Of a stretch of 47,837 nucleotides of DNA, positions 25,414 to 38,212 are shown piece after piece (position 1 is the stretch's first letter; each line of letters begins with the position of its first letter). The position numbers were made by a program, and so were the translations under genes. This DNA is from Octopus sinensis (Eukaryota). Under the pieces are notes generated by a model. The model worked only from the letters and a program-made list of their open reading frames with translations, did not search any database and was not told the origin of the DNA. The stretch is taken from NCBI RefSeq assembly GCF_006345805.1, contig NW_021834462.1, forward strand, positions 1 through 47,837, written 5' to 3'.

Positions 25414-26420
25414 TATACATATATATAATATATATATATATATAAAGTTAATTCAAACGTGAAAACAACCACACGCACGCGCGCATACATACACATGTAT
25501 CTGTTATATATATTCAACATATGTATATATAGGTGTGCATGTCAGTGTATACCTGTGCAAATATATATATATTAAGATATTAAGGTATTTTGGAAAGGAG
25601 CCTTATCGGCGATGCCTTGGCGGCGGACGAAAAACAACGATGGAAAACGTCGCTAGTCCGGAAGATGAGAGACAGAGTTAGGCCAGCGGTCACGTGACAG
25701 AGAAGAGAGAAAAGAAAAGAAAGAGAAGCAAAGGAAGGAAGAGAGAGAGAGGGGGACAAACGCAACAAGGGGGAGGAAGAGAGAGAAAGAAGGAATCAGA
25801 GAGGAGAAGGGATGGGTGTCGAAGATTGACCTGTGAGTGCAAAGCGAGACAAAGAAATGGAAGGGTAGGGGAAGAGTAGACCAAAGAATCAGAGGAGAAG
25901 AGAAGAGAAAAAAAGGATGGTAGAGAGAGAAAAGAGAGAGAAGGGGACAGATCAGTAAAAGTGAGAGAGAGAGAGACAAACAGAGAGTCGTACCAATTTT
26001 TAAGAATATGTGCTCACATTAATGTTAAGAGGGTACGTAGCGCCTGGAATATATATTAAGGTATGTAGAAAAATACAACATGGACAAGAACGTATAACTC
26101 TTAGAAGACGATACAATAAACACGGACAGGACATTCGAAACCCTCAGTCTTCAGTCAAGAACCGGATCATCGTAGTAATTTCGGCTGATTAATCTTGAGA
26201 TTACTAGATCCGGCCAGCCCTCCAAGAAAAACTATGTACATATTTATATTTTTGCACAGGTATACACTGACATGCACACCTATATATACATATGTGAATA
26301 TATATAACAGATACATGTGTATGTATGCGCGCGTGCGTGTGGTTGTGCATACAAATATATAGACAAAAAGTCAGACAGACAAATTGACCGATTGTGTGTT
26401 TGTAAGCTTCGCTGCTTATA

Positions 26421-26622
26421 TGAAGGAGGGCTGAAAACGTTCACGGCTTTAAGTGTGTCGCGAAAGGCCTGGTTGGGGGTCCAACCTTTCGAGACCCTAG
26501 AAAAACTGAAGGACTGCTGCAATAAATGTGAATCTGGGGGGATTATGTTGAATAAAACCATAATTAACTGATCTTCCTGTATTTTCTTTTACCCAAAGCC
26601 AGGAACTTTCAGCACCCACTCG
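26421..26622 (+). mobile_element. Internally deleted mariner/Tc1 relic with TA flanks
   Basis: Left TIR tgaaggagggctgaaaacgttcacggcttt and right TIR aaagccaggaactttcagcacccactcg are imperfect inverted repeats. TA at 26419-26420 and 26623-26624. Internal gggggattatgttgaataa resembles a transposase C-terminus (GxYVE*). Confidence 0.75.
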
Positions 26623-26624
26623 TA

Positions 26625-27100
26625 CATGCATACATACATAAACACACACATTCTGTACATGCACACATACATACATACATACATACATACATACATACAT
26701 ACATACATACATACATGCATTCATACATACATACATACATACATACATACATACATACATACATACATACATACATACATACATACATGCATTCATACAT
26801 ACATACATACATACTTACATACATACATTCATACATACATACATACGTTCATACGTAAGTACGTACATACATACATACATACATACATACAAACATACAT
26901 GCACACATACATACACACGCATAAATACATACATACATACATACACACACATAAATACATACATACACACACACACATACATACATACATACATACATAC
27001 ACACACATACATACATACATACTTACATACATGCATACATACATATATACATACATACACACACACATACATACATACATACGTACACACGTATATCCCT
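26625..27100. repeat. (CATA)n tetranucleotide tract
   Basis: Visible directly. Confidence 0.95.
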
Positions 27101-27565
27101 CATACAGCACACCCATATGTATGTTGTTTTATTAGATGCACCATATGTTAGAGCAGACAGGATGCTAATGTCAGCCAGTTGGCATTTCGTTATGTTTCAA
27201 CGACATCGGCTTCTTCATTGCATACTCCACGTGGTAGAGCAGGTAGGTTGTTGGCCTCAGTTATTCGCCATTTTGTAGGACATGAAAAATCAACGATAGC
27301 AGTGAAAAGTAAGTCCTTACAGCCGACGAATTGATGACAATAACGGGTTTGCTCCGTCACCTTGGAAGATGTTATGCAATATATGATGACCCTATTGAGA
27401 GTTAAACACCCATGAGAACTGAAATGGAGTCTTAAATGCTCTCATAATACAGATATTTTAAATTAATTTTCTGGAATCTTTAAGTAATTAGAGTTAAATA
27501 TACCAGCTACGAAATGCTTACAATTCCATCAAAATGTAATGAGCACCCACTCGAATATACGTCTG

Positions 27566-27660
<95 letters not shown>

Positions 27661-27969
27661 GGCTACATGTCTGTCTGCCCGTCCGTCCGTCTGTCTGCAT
27701 TTTGTCTGTCGGTCAGTCTATCTATCAATCTAACTAGCTAGACATCTTTCTTTCTTCCTGTCTGCCCATCTATCTTTCTATCAATTTAACTATCTATCTA
27801 TCTGTATATATACATATATACATACATGCATAGTCAGACAGAAAGACAGGTAAATAGATACATAGATAGACAGACATATAGTCTCACACATACACACGTG
27901 AACATATACATTTATATATTGATATGTATATATATATATATATATGTACATATATATATACATATATAC

Positions 27970-28002
<33 letters not shown>

Positions 28003-28025
28003 CATATATATATACATATATATAT

Positions 28026-28063
<38 letters not shown>

Positions 28064-28294
28064 TAAAAAATGAGAATAATTTATTAGCAGTGGTTCGCAT
28101 GCGTAATAAAAATCATAAGACAACATATTTTTATATATAAGAGCGTATAAATATTTATACACAAAGAGAATACACTTGACAGGATTTCTTACATGCTAAA
28201 AAGGGTAGTTAAATCCAAACCACGAAAAGATATAATTCTAAAGACACGCCGGTAATGGTACTTGAATGAATAAGAACCAATAAATTATTAGTTA

Positions 28295-28364
28295 ATCCCA
28301 TACTCGAGTTTCCCTACTAATGAGCAAGTGAATTAATTTGTCATCCGTAGTTCATCAGTGGGAT
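28295..28364 (-). ncRNA. Type-I hammerhead ribozyme motif
   Basis: Minus strand: atccca CTGATGA a-ctac...gtag-g GAAAC TCGA GTA tgggat. 6-bp stem I, extended stem II, palindromic stem III loop, GUA cleavage triplet. The first stem II pair is A.G rather than G-C. Confidence 0.8.
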
Positions 28365-28753
28365 CGCTAAAAGAATGCATAATTATGTAGCTTAATGCGT
28401 ACCGAAAACACGTGCGAGCTCCATCTTTATACATTATGGATTCAGATTAAGCACGCAAGCGCAGTCACATGGCCAGCATAAATAATACATTTAAACTGCG
28501 TACTATATAGCCGCAGAATTAGAAAAAATTTTCTGTGTAAAATATGGGCGTAAAAAATTAGAATAATTACGCATGCGAACCACTGTTAATAAATTATTCT
28601 AATTTTTTACCCCATAGCTTACAGTAAAAATTTTCTAATTCTCAGGTTAAATTTATCATTTGCCAACTTGATTTGAATATATGATGTTTAAAGATGGAAC
28701 TCGCACGTGTTTTCGGTACGTATTAAGCTACATAATTATGCATTCGTTTAACG

Positions 28754-28823
28754 ACCCCAACGATGAACTACGGAAGATAAATTAATTTGTTTGCTTATTA
28801 ACAGGGAAACTCGTGTATGGGAT
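28754..28823 (+). ncRNA. Degenerate hammerhead motif, inverted paralog of 28295-28364
   Basis: acccca ACGATGA actac...acagg GAAAC TCGT GTA tgggat; the core and stem II are mutated. Confidence 0.55.
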
Positions 28824-29514
28824 TAACTAATAATTTGTTGGTTCTCTTCATTTTAGTGCCATTATCGGCGTGCCTTCAGAATTATATTTTTTCGTGGTTT
28901 TGGTTTAACAGCCCCTTTTAAAGACCTGTCAAGAGTATTCTCTCTGTGTATAAATCTTTATACATTCTTATATATATGTATATATATATTATATATATAT
29001 ATATATTATATATATACAAGTTAAACAAAAAATTGTGTGTGGTCTTTAGCTATAAAGACTCACACAAGTGGGTGCAAGATTATCTATCTGTTTAAATGTT
29101 TCCAAACCCATCCTTACAGGTTCATTCATTATGTGCGTGTATATTGGCATGCATATACGTGTGTGTATGTGTGTGTGAGCGTAAATGAGTACCTGTATAT
29201 GTGTGTGTATGTACATGTTTGTCCCAACCATTATACATTCTATATAAAACTCCTCAAAACATTGCCAGACCACAAGAGAATTCTTGTATTTATTCTTCTG
29301 AAGCTAACTTTTCACAACATCCGGATAAAGGAATAAGAGGAATTGTATGTGTGTGTATATGTGTGTGTGCGTGCGCGCACACGTGTATGTGTGTGTGTGT
29401 CTTGAGGGCATCGTTTCCTGCCTGCCTGCCTCACTTCCATACGCCCACGCATACATGTATATCGCTTATATACAAACGTGTGCATGTATGTATATAGTCA
29501 TATATCTAAGTGTT

Positions 29515-29560
<46 letters not shown>

Positions 29561-29561
<1 letters not shown>

Positions 29562-29717
29562 GATGGGCTTCTTTCAGTTTCTGTCAACCAAATCCACACG
29601 CTAGGCTTCGGTTGGCACGAGGCAAAATTAGAAAACACTTGCCCAAGGTGCCACGCAGCGGGACTGAACCAAGAAGCAAGTGGTTGGGAAGCAAGCTTCA
29701 TACCACAGCCTGTGCCT
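29561..29717 (-). mobile_element. CORE-type tRNA SINE head, family C
   Basis: Minus strand ggctgtggta...ggttcagtcccgctgcgtggcaccttgggcaagtgttttc; homologous to 43899-44060. Confidence 0.8.
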
Positions 29718-29730
29718 ATATATATATATT

Positions 29731-30461
29731 AGAAAAAAAAAACACCTTTTATCAATTCAAAATGAACAATTAAATTACACCATCTAGAAAATTACATATA
29801 ATAGAAATATTAAAATAACAATAAAATATCAATGATTTAGTCAACTATGTTATAAATTGATATATTAAATCTATAGATACTACACATGTATATTAATTAT
29901 ATATTTAGCTTATTTAATGAGTTTGTCTATAGTTGAACCATTTCTTATTTTGATTACAATTTAATGACTTGTACTAGCATTGTGTATTTTAATTAATTTT
30001 AAAGTATTTAATAATTTAAGTATTGTTTTAGTTTTCACGTATGTATATTTAGTATTTATATATATATATTAAAGTATATTTATTAATTAATTATTTTATT
30101 ATTCTAGTTTATTTTTAACCTGATGAGTGGCTGTATTTATATCGAAGTGATTTTACTACTACTATAATCATTTCTTAAATATAGCCACGAAACACGTGTC
30201 GTTATTCTACCAATTATATACGTTTTTATTATTTTTTTTTGCAATTTACTCAATCATTGATATTTCATTGTTATTTTAATTTTAATATTTCTATTATATG
30301 TAATTTTCAAGATGGTGTAATTTAATTGTTCATTTGGAATTGATAAAAGGTGTTTTTTTTTTTCAGATTTTCATATTTATATATTATATTGTGTGAAATT
30401 TTATTTAGTATTTCTAAATTGAATTTTTATCCCTGTAAGTTTGGATTTATATTACCTCAAA

Positions 30462-30465
<4 letters not shown>
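29731..30465. mobile_element. AT-rich foldback element with ~110-bp inverted arms enclosing a hammerhead
   Basis: 29731-29843 is a near-exact inverted copy of 30245-30364; (TA)n lies on both flanks. Confidence 0.85.
30116..30204 (+). ncRNA. Type-I hammerhead ribozyme motif, core intact
   Basis: taac CTGATGA gtggctgtattt...aaatatagccac GAAAC ACGT GTC gtta. 12-bp stem II (one G-U) plus a 9-bp extension (30144-30152/30166-30174), palindromic ACGT loop, GUC triplet, 4-bp stem I. Confidence 0.85.
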
Positions 30466-30500
<35 letters not shown>

Positions 30501-30779
30501 AACCGAGGTATGCAATTAATTCTGTTTTTTATATAAATTTTCATCTGTCCTGCCCGCCAAATTTGGTTCTGGTGTTCGCTGAATTTTCCCTCTAGAGAAC
30601 TTTCTTTGTAGTTTGATCGTTGATGATCTATTTCTAGCATTCGGCCGACTACCTAGCAGTCTGCCCTGCCAATATACACATACATTAGAATTTTCTCTGA
30701 TTTCTCAGATTTTTTGTATGCTGGACTACTGGTTTTAAATTGATATTAAAATTAATATTAATTTATCTCCCTCATTATT

Positions 30780-30821
<42 letters not shown>

Positions 30822-31339
30822 GGGGTGTGGTGTTTGTGGTGTGTGTGGTGTGTGTGTGTATGTATGTATGTATATATAATTGAATAAGTTGGATTCGACA
30901 AGAAGGTGCTCAGAGGAATATTTATTTGTAATCACTGCAATTGTTTCCGACATTATCTGTTCACACACTGCAGAAGCCCCAACTCTCTTTTTTAGTAAAA
31001 GAGCAACAAAAACATTCATTTAAATTTAATAACCAGGGTAAGAACCTTGTTACGAATACAGTTGAAGAAGTGAGTTCATCGAAGCACAAGCCAATCAATC
31101 AATCAACTAATCAGCCAATCAATGATAAAAAAAAATAACACGTAGAACAAATTGACGATTTTTATTTTTTTATAATTTTTATTGATTTCTTTCTTTCTTT
31201 ATTAAATTTGTTATATAATGATTTTTTAATAATAATAATAATAATGTGTGAGATTTTTAAATGTAATTTACTAATAACTGACATACTGATGAAAACACTA
31301 TATACATACTACACACACACACACATGCATATATACATG

Positions 31340-31405
31340 AATGCACGCTCACACACACATTGTACAAGCATATATATATATATATATAATATATATATAC
31401 ATATG

Positions 31406-31445
<40 letters not shown>

Positions 31446-31479
31446 ACCATATATATATACATAAATGTATATATATATG

Positions 31480-31511
<32 letters not shown>

Positions 31512-32353
31512 CATATATATATATGTATATATATATATATGTATATATATATATACATATATACTACATATATATACATGTTTATATATATATACATATA
31601 TATATACATATACTATACAGATATATATAATATAATAATATATATACATACATATATTATATATACATATAAATATATATATATACATATATATACATGT
31701 ATGTATATATATGTATATATATGTATGTATATATATGTATATATGGATATATATATATGTATGTATATATATGTATATATATATATATATACATATATAT
31801 CATATATACATATATAATATAACATATATATATACATATATATATAGATAATATATATACATATATATACATATATACATATTATATATCTACATATATA
31901 TATATACATATATATATATACATATATATACACATATATACATACATATATATACATATATATATATAATATATATATCATATATATATACATTATATAT
32001 ACACATATATATATACATATATCGATCACATATAATATATACAATATAACATATATACACATATATATATATACATATATATATATAATATATATATATA
32101 CTATATATATATATACATATATATATATATACCTATATATTATCATATATATATATATATATATCATATATATACATATATATATATACATATATATATA
32201 CATATATTACATATATATATATACATATATATACATATATATATACATATATATACATATATATACATATATATATATATACATATATATACATACATAT
32301 ATACATACATATATATATATACATATAATACATACATATATACATATATATAC

Positions 32354-32396
<43 letters not shown>

Positions 32397-32420
32397 TATA
32401 TATATATATATATATATACA
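31340..32420. repeat. ~1.1-kb (TA)n/(TACA)n degenerate tract
   Basis: Visible directly. Confidence 0.95.
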
Positions 32421-32638
32421 CGTACATATATTCATACGTACATGCCATGGATTATACTCACATTGACATTCACAGTCATAGAACTATATTTACATATTTA
32501 CAAATAAAATTAATTATTTTTTGTAGACATTGATTTTTTTTCGTCAAGTTCATAATTTTAAACTTTTTTTTCATACTGGAAACCATATTATCATCATCAT
32601 CACCATCATTAACAACAACAATAACAACAATGAAATTA

Positions 32639-32949
32639 TCATATATGTTCTGTATGAACTGAGTTCTCCTCCATCTCTGATATACAGTCAACCGCCGCTG
32701 ATGTTGCATCCTCTTCTTCTTCGTCATCCTCTTCCTCCTCCTCATCGTCCTCTACATTCGCAGCTGTTGGTGGTACAGACGTTTCTATGTCTGCTGTTGC
32801 CGGGATCGTATCTTCGGCATTCCTTCGCTTGGCCAGTTGACAGGAATGATAAATATTACCAACCGCCATGATACAAGCCCCTGCTATCACAACAGACGCT
32901 ATAAAGTAGAAGGGTTCGTTGTAGGACTGGTAGGTGTCTTTCAGTAGCC
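32639..32949 (-). CDS. Terminal coding exon of an MFS transporter, probably monocarboxylate transporter (SLC16/MCT)-like
   Basis: Acceptor ttttataattcttccAG (AG at 32951-32950), phase 1. Reads GLLKDTYQSYNEPFYFIASVVIAGACIMAVGNIY (resembling the MCT pattern GxLxDxTGSYxxxFY plus a final TM helix), then an acidic tail and TGA at 32641-32639. No upstream exons were recognised in the window. Confidence 0.75.
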
Positions 32950-33026
32950 CTGGAAGAATTATAAAAATAGAATACACAGTGAGAAACTTTAAACAGCATA
33001 AAGACCACTCCACATAACTTCACAAG

Positions 33027-33064
<38 letters not shown>

Positions 33065-33186
33065 AATGTATAGTAGTTACAGAAACGAAAATTATAAAAA
33101 ACGCACAACGTATATTGAGTCCACAAACGGACGGAAGGCAGACACAGAAGGTACCTAATTCTTCACCAGTTATCAACCAGATGGTA

Positions 33187-33337
33187 CTACAGTTTTGCAC
33201 CATTAATGATAATATGTTCTGTATGAGCTGAGTTCTCTATCTCTGTTATACAGTCAACCACTGCCGATGTTCCATCCTCTATCTCCTCTTCGTCGTTTTG
33301 GTGGTGCAGCTGCTTCTATGTCTGTTGTTGGTGGGAT
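33187..33337 (-). pseudogene. Decayed duplicate of the 3' part of the MFS terminal exon
   Basis: 33212-33337 aligns to 32643-32806 and reads IPPTTDIEAAAPP/NDEEEIEDGTSAVVDCITEIENSAHTEHIIINGAKL*, with a frameshift and a shortened acidic run. Confidence 0.8.
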
Positions 33338-33354
33338 TATATATATATATATAT

Positions 33355-33386
<32 letters not shown>

Positions 33387-33644
33387 AGTTCCAAAATTTA
33401 ATTTAAACGGAAGCACAATAAGAGAACAAATGGAAAACACATACACATGGTCATTGCTCGTCAGTTATCGTCCAAAAGATATTTACCGTTTCACGCTTTT
33501 AACGATAATATTTTGGTGGCGCCAGCAGCGAGAAGCTGCTGGGAATAGCAAACGAACGTTAGGGACAGTGACGAAAGTAAACACGACACAATGTGAAAAT
33601 ACAAACAAAATAAGGCCATGCGACCGTACGACGAGACGTCTGTA

Positions 33645-33691
<47 letters not shown>

Positions 33692-35035
33692 CATATTTAA
33701 AAAAAATATATACATATATGACATATGTAATGTTTACACACACGACACATGCGTAATACATATGCTATATATATTACATACTGTATGTGTGTGCAGAACA
33801 TCCGTTTATTTTTAACGAACCATCCCACTTTTCTTTTTAAAAATCCCCACCAGGAAAGGGTGCAGCTTGCTTTTCCCTTTATAATCAACAAGAAGTAATT
33901 GAAAACAAAAACGCCAGATTTAATTTTAAATAATATAAACAGAGAACAAAGTAAAAAGACACAGAAGGATTCATTAAAGGAATTGACTTTGAAATACAAC
34001 ATACCGAGGCGGATGTCGAAATTTAGATTGTAAGATTGCTGAGGGGATCCGGTATTTAAGAGGGTTACAGCGATGCTAGATGGTCATCACGTGTTGATCT
34101 GCGGTGGGGTCGATTAACTTTTTGTTGATGTTGCCATATTTCGCTCTTATCATCTACACACGCACACACACACACACGATTACAACGTATTTGTGTACAT
34201 TTTGGTATCATTATACTCGAAACTGCCTGACCGATCGTATCGAATTTACGAGCGTGAAACTCAGTGATAATGGAACAAGTCCTCAACAGCTAAACTATTA
34301 ATACAAACATTAAATCATTTATTGAATCCTGCTTTCTTTCATTTTTACACATAATCCAATGTACGCCCGCGGGTGTGTGTGTGTGTGTGTGTGTGAGTAA
34401 CTAAAAAGAAATAAATACAATTTTATATAACTACCGTATTTGCTTGTGTATAAGTAGCACAATTTTATATTTGATTTTTAGTAAGAAAACTGGGGTGCGA
34501 CTTATACATACGCCACGGAGGAAAATTTTTTTTATCAAGATTTAACATTAAATTAGGTGTGCACCGTATACAGACATGAGACTTTTACATGAGTAACTAC
34601 GGAACATATGTATGTCGAGTGTGAGATATATATATCGAGTATAGAAGATACCACAATCCATCCGGACAAGTCTACGAAGGGCAAAATCCCCTCAGATACA
34701 ACTATTTTGGAAAAAAAATATCTAGAAAAAAAAAAAAAGAACAGTCTTAGGAGAAACTGATCCAGATTCAAAATAAACTAAATAAATGCATAATAATTAA
34801 AATTTTCAAAACGAGAAATTATGAAATCAATTAAAAATTTTATTAATTATTTAATTTTTTAAAAATTTCTACTAATTAGCAATAAGAACATATGTGTAAA
34901 CGACGTCACCAAAATATTTGCTAGAATATAATTAGCGAGGCAGCAAGATTTGATTGAGTTTATTAAGTAACTTAATTAACACTAATGTATTATTATATAA
35001 TTAAACTGCAGTGAGAGAGACATTATGAGTATTGT

Positions 35036-35417
35036 GTGGAGGCGCAATGGCCCAGTGGTTAGGGCAGCGGACTCGCGGTCGTAGGATCGCGGTTTCCATT
35101 CCCAGACCGGGCATTGTGAGTGTTTATTGAGCGAAAACACCTAAAGCTTCACAAGGCTCCTGCAGGGGGTGGTGGTGAACCCTGCTGTACTCTTTCACCA
35201 CAACTTTCTCTCACTCTTTCTTCCTGTTTCTGTTGTACCTGTATTTCAAAGGGCCAGCCTTGTCACACTCTGTGTCACGCTGAATCTCCTCGAGAACTAC
35301 GTTAAGGGTACACGTGTCTGTGGAATGCTCAGCCACTTGCACGTTAATTCCACGAGCAAGCTGTTCCGTTGATCGTATCAGCTGGGACCCTCATCGTCGT
35401 AACCGACGGAGTGCTCC
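35036..35417 (+). mobile_element. tRNA-derived SINE, family A, with 12-bp target-site duplication
   Basis: Homologous to 13873-14253; tatgagtattgt at both 35024-35035 and 35418-35429. Confidence 0.92.
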
Positions 35418-37057
35418 TATGAGTATTGTACTGTAATATAGATAATATTTAAGTTATAAATAAAAACACCATTGCTTTATGCAGTCATAAAACTGAGCGT
35501 AATAACAAAAAAAATATTTACATATCGTTCATATATTTTGTGAGAAAACCGTTTTGAGTGAAACCAAAAACTGAACAAATTTCTCGTGGAAAAAAACTTT
35601 AAACCGGGGGATTTTCTTCTATTGTATATTTAATTAAGGATCGGTGGGTACTATACAGATTATCGAAATGATACAAATATTTAAATCTCCTAACAGCACA
35701 AGCTCCCACAATTGCTGGTGGGAAGCATGAAAGTTTCGGTTCCATTGTTTTGGACGTATTTCCAATTTGTAACATATTCTACGACAACGAAAACGAAGAT
35801 CTTCCAGAATTCTCCAATCTTGGATTTAGTAGATTTAAGGATCTAAAATCACGAATAGAATGGCTTGTACCTCAAGGGTATCTTTAATTCTTAAAGGATT
35901 GACCAAGGGAGGGGGGCGAAGCAACAACAAAAACAACTTTTATAACCCGGCTATTCGTACACCTACTACAATACTTCAACTGGTACACACAATTACAACC
36001 ACCGCCACCGCCACTCCCACCACAACTGCTATCACCACAACCACCACCACCACCACAATCATTATCCTCACTACAACAGCCGCCACCACCGGTGCATCCA
36101 GTGCCCCCAATCACATCACTACCATCGTCCTCAGCTCCATCAAAGCCCTTCATGAATGGCTGAACTAAAAGACACGCAGATTCGATATTGGGTCAGCAGA
36201 AAATGAAATCCGAGACAAAGTTCTCTACTGACCCATTTATTCCGTTCACTCGTTCTTCAGGTTCCACTCTGCCACACAGACACTGCCACGCCACTTTCAC
36301 ACATACTTAAATCAAGATTATACGCATAACCACGTGCATTAAATCGTATTCAACACATCGCAGTCTATACACACCGCAAACACCAACATCCACAACACTC
36401 ATCCCGTCACTGCTAACACTCCACAGGCCCTATAATAAACATGGCCCCAACCCCTACTACACACATAGCACTTAACCCCGCTTCTTTCAGTGACACACCA
36501 ACGCAGTCAACACCATCCTCTACTATTACCGACACACCGTAATCAACACCTTCCACTACTACCGTAGACACACCACAGACAACATCTTGCCCTCCACCGG
36601 CGACACAGCACCAAAGTCAACTTCCTTCCACCACCACCACCACCACCACCACCGCAAACATCTCACAACAAGCACTCCACTCCACTATAAACCACAAATA
36701 ACACAAATCCTATGACAAAATCTCGCCATCTTCACATTTAATATCAAACCGATTCGTCTATAGAAATGTATGTATAAACATATTTCTATCATATATACAA
36801 ATATATATATGAATTATATATATTAGAAGAAAGACCGCTCTCCGGGTGGTTTTCTGCTAGTTACTCGATAATATTTCCATATTTGATTCCTAATTCTAAT
36901 AATTTTCATGATATTTTACGTCTAATTATTTCTTTGTATAACAGTGTTCACTTGCTTAGTAAATATTGCTTTCATTGTTTTATCACAGTCATAAATCTCT
37001 CTTGTTGAAAGAGTCAATATGTTATATATATATTTATCATTAATAATTGGTAGAACT

Positions 37058-37134
<77 letters not shown>

Positions 37135-38160
37135 GGATGGATGGATGGACGGATGACTGGATGGATGGACAGACACACGGACGGATGGATGGATACACCC
37201 CCCCACACACAAAAGTCTGGTGCTGTGAGAACAAATGGGAAATGCGTTTCCTTACTTTTTCAAATATACCCAAATCTAAAATCTGTATATATAAATGGCA
37301 GGATGTGTGTGTGTGTATGTTTGTGTGTCTGTGTGTATGTGTACGTGAATGTAGTTTATACACATCCACAAATTAGCACGCATGTCGCTCAAATTTTAGG
37401 AGGACATTCGTCACGATCCTAGCTGTATTTTCGTCAAATTATTTTTCCCCGAGGCACCAGCGAATAGCGGTAAAAAAAATTTGAACCATAACAATTTTCA
37501 AGTCGGAGAATGAGAGACTGTTTCAAATAAAAACAAAATATTGCCTGCAACGAATTAATAGTGCTTATTATTAAACATTAAAATCTAATCCGCAGTGAAT
37601 ACAATGATTATTTGAATTTATGAAGAATTGGACGCAGTGAATGCAATGAATATTTAAATTTGCGAGAATTTCGAGTTAAAAAAATTCAATAAACTTCAGA
37701 AATCGAAATTATAGGAAATTTCTCGCTTTCTCCATTATATTATAAATATATAAATATATCTATATATTATATACCTATATATGTCTGCTGCTTATGTAGG
37801 TTTCATTGCCAAACTGCTAGTTTGTATGTATGTATGTACGTACGTACGTACGTACGTACGTACGTATGTATGTATGTATGTATGTATGTATGTATGTATG
37901 TATGTATGTATGTATGTATGTATGTATGTATGTATGTATGCAATTATGAATGCGTGTATGTATGTGTGTATGTGTATACACATAAGCACATGCTGATACA
38001 AAATGAGGGTAGAAATAGAAAAAACATTGTTGTGACTGCGGAAGAAAAAATATTTGGGAATTTAAATGAGAAATAATTATAAGGAGATTTATGAATGCTT
38101 GAGTGATTGTATACAATGTGTATGTATATGTGTGTAAATGTACGTACTTACGTGTGTGTT

Positions 38161-38212
<52 letters not shown>

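Larger units (their letters stand above)
28061..28975. mobile_element. Foldback element built from a ~487-bp hammerhead-containing unit and an inverted copy
   Basis: 28132-28434 is an imperfect inverted copy of 28683-28975, and 28515-28568 of 28590-28642. 28061-28107 is the inverted copy of 28566-28610. (TA)n lies on both flanks. Confidence 0.85.

Noticed and set aside
25584-25700. GC-richer open stretch GILERSLIGDALAADEKQRWKTSLVRKM
   Set aside because: Short, no consistent splice sites, and no family recognised.
33440-33500. Minus-strand GAAAC...CTGACGA as a permuted type-II hammerhead
   Set aside because: Stems II and III do not pair and there is no NUH triplet in register.
33491-34771. 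Hydrophobic minus-strand ORFs as upstream transporter exons
   Set aside because: No MFS/MCT motifs, and phases or splice donors are not consistent with the phase-1 terminal exon.
37591-37670. 42-bp imperfect tandem duplication (cgcagtgaat...)
   Set aside because: Only two diverged units with no spacers; not CRISPR-like and unremarkable.
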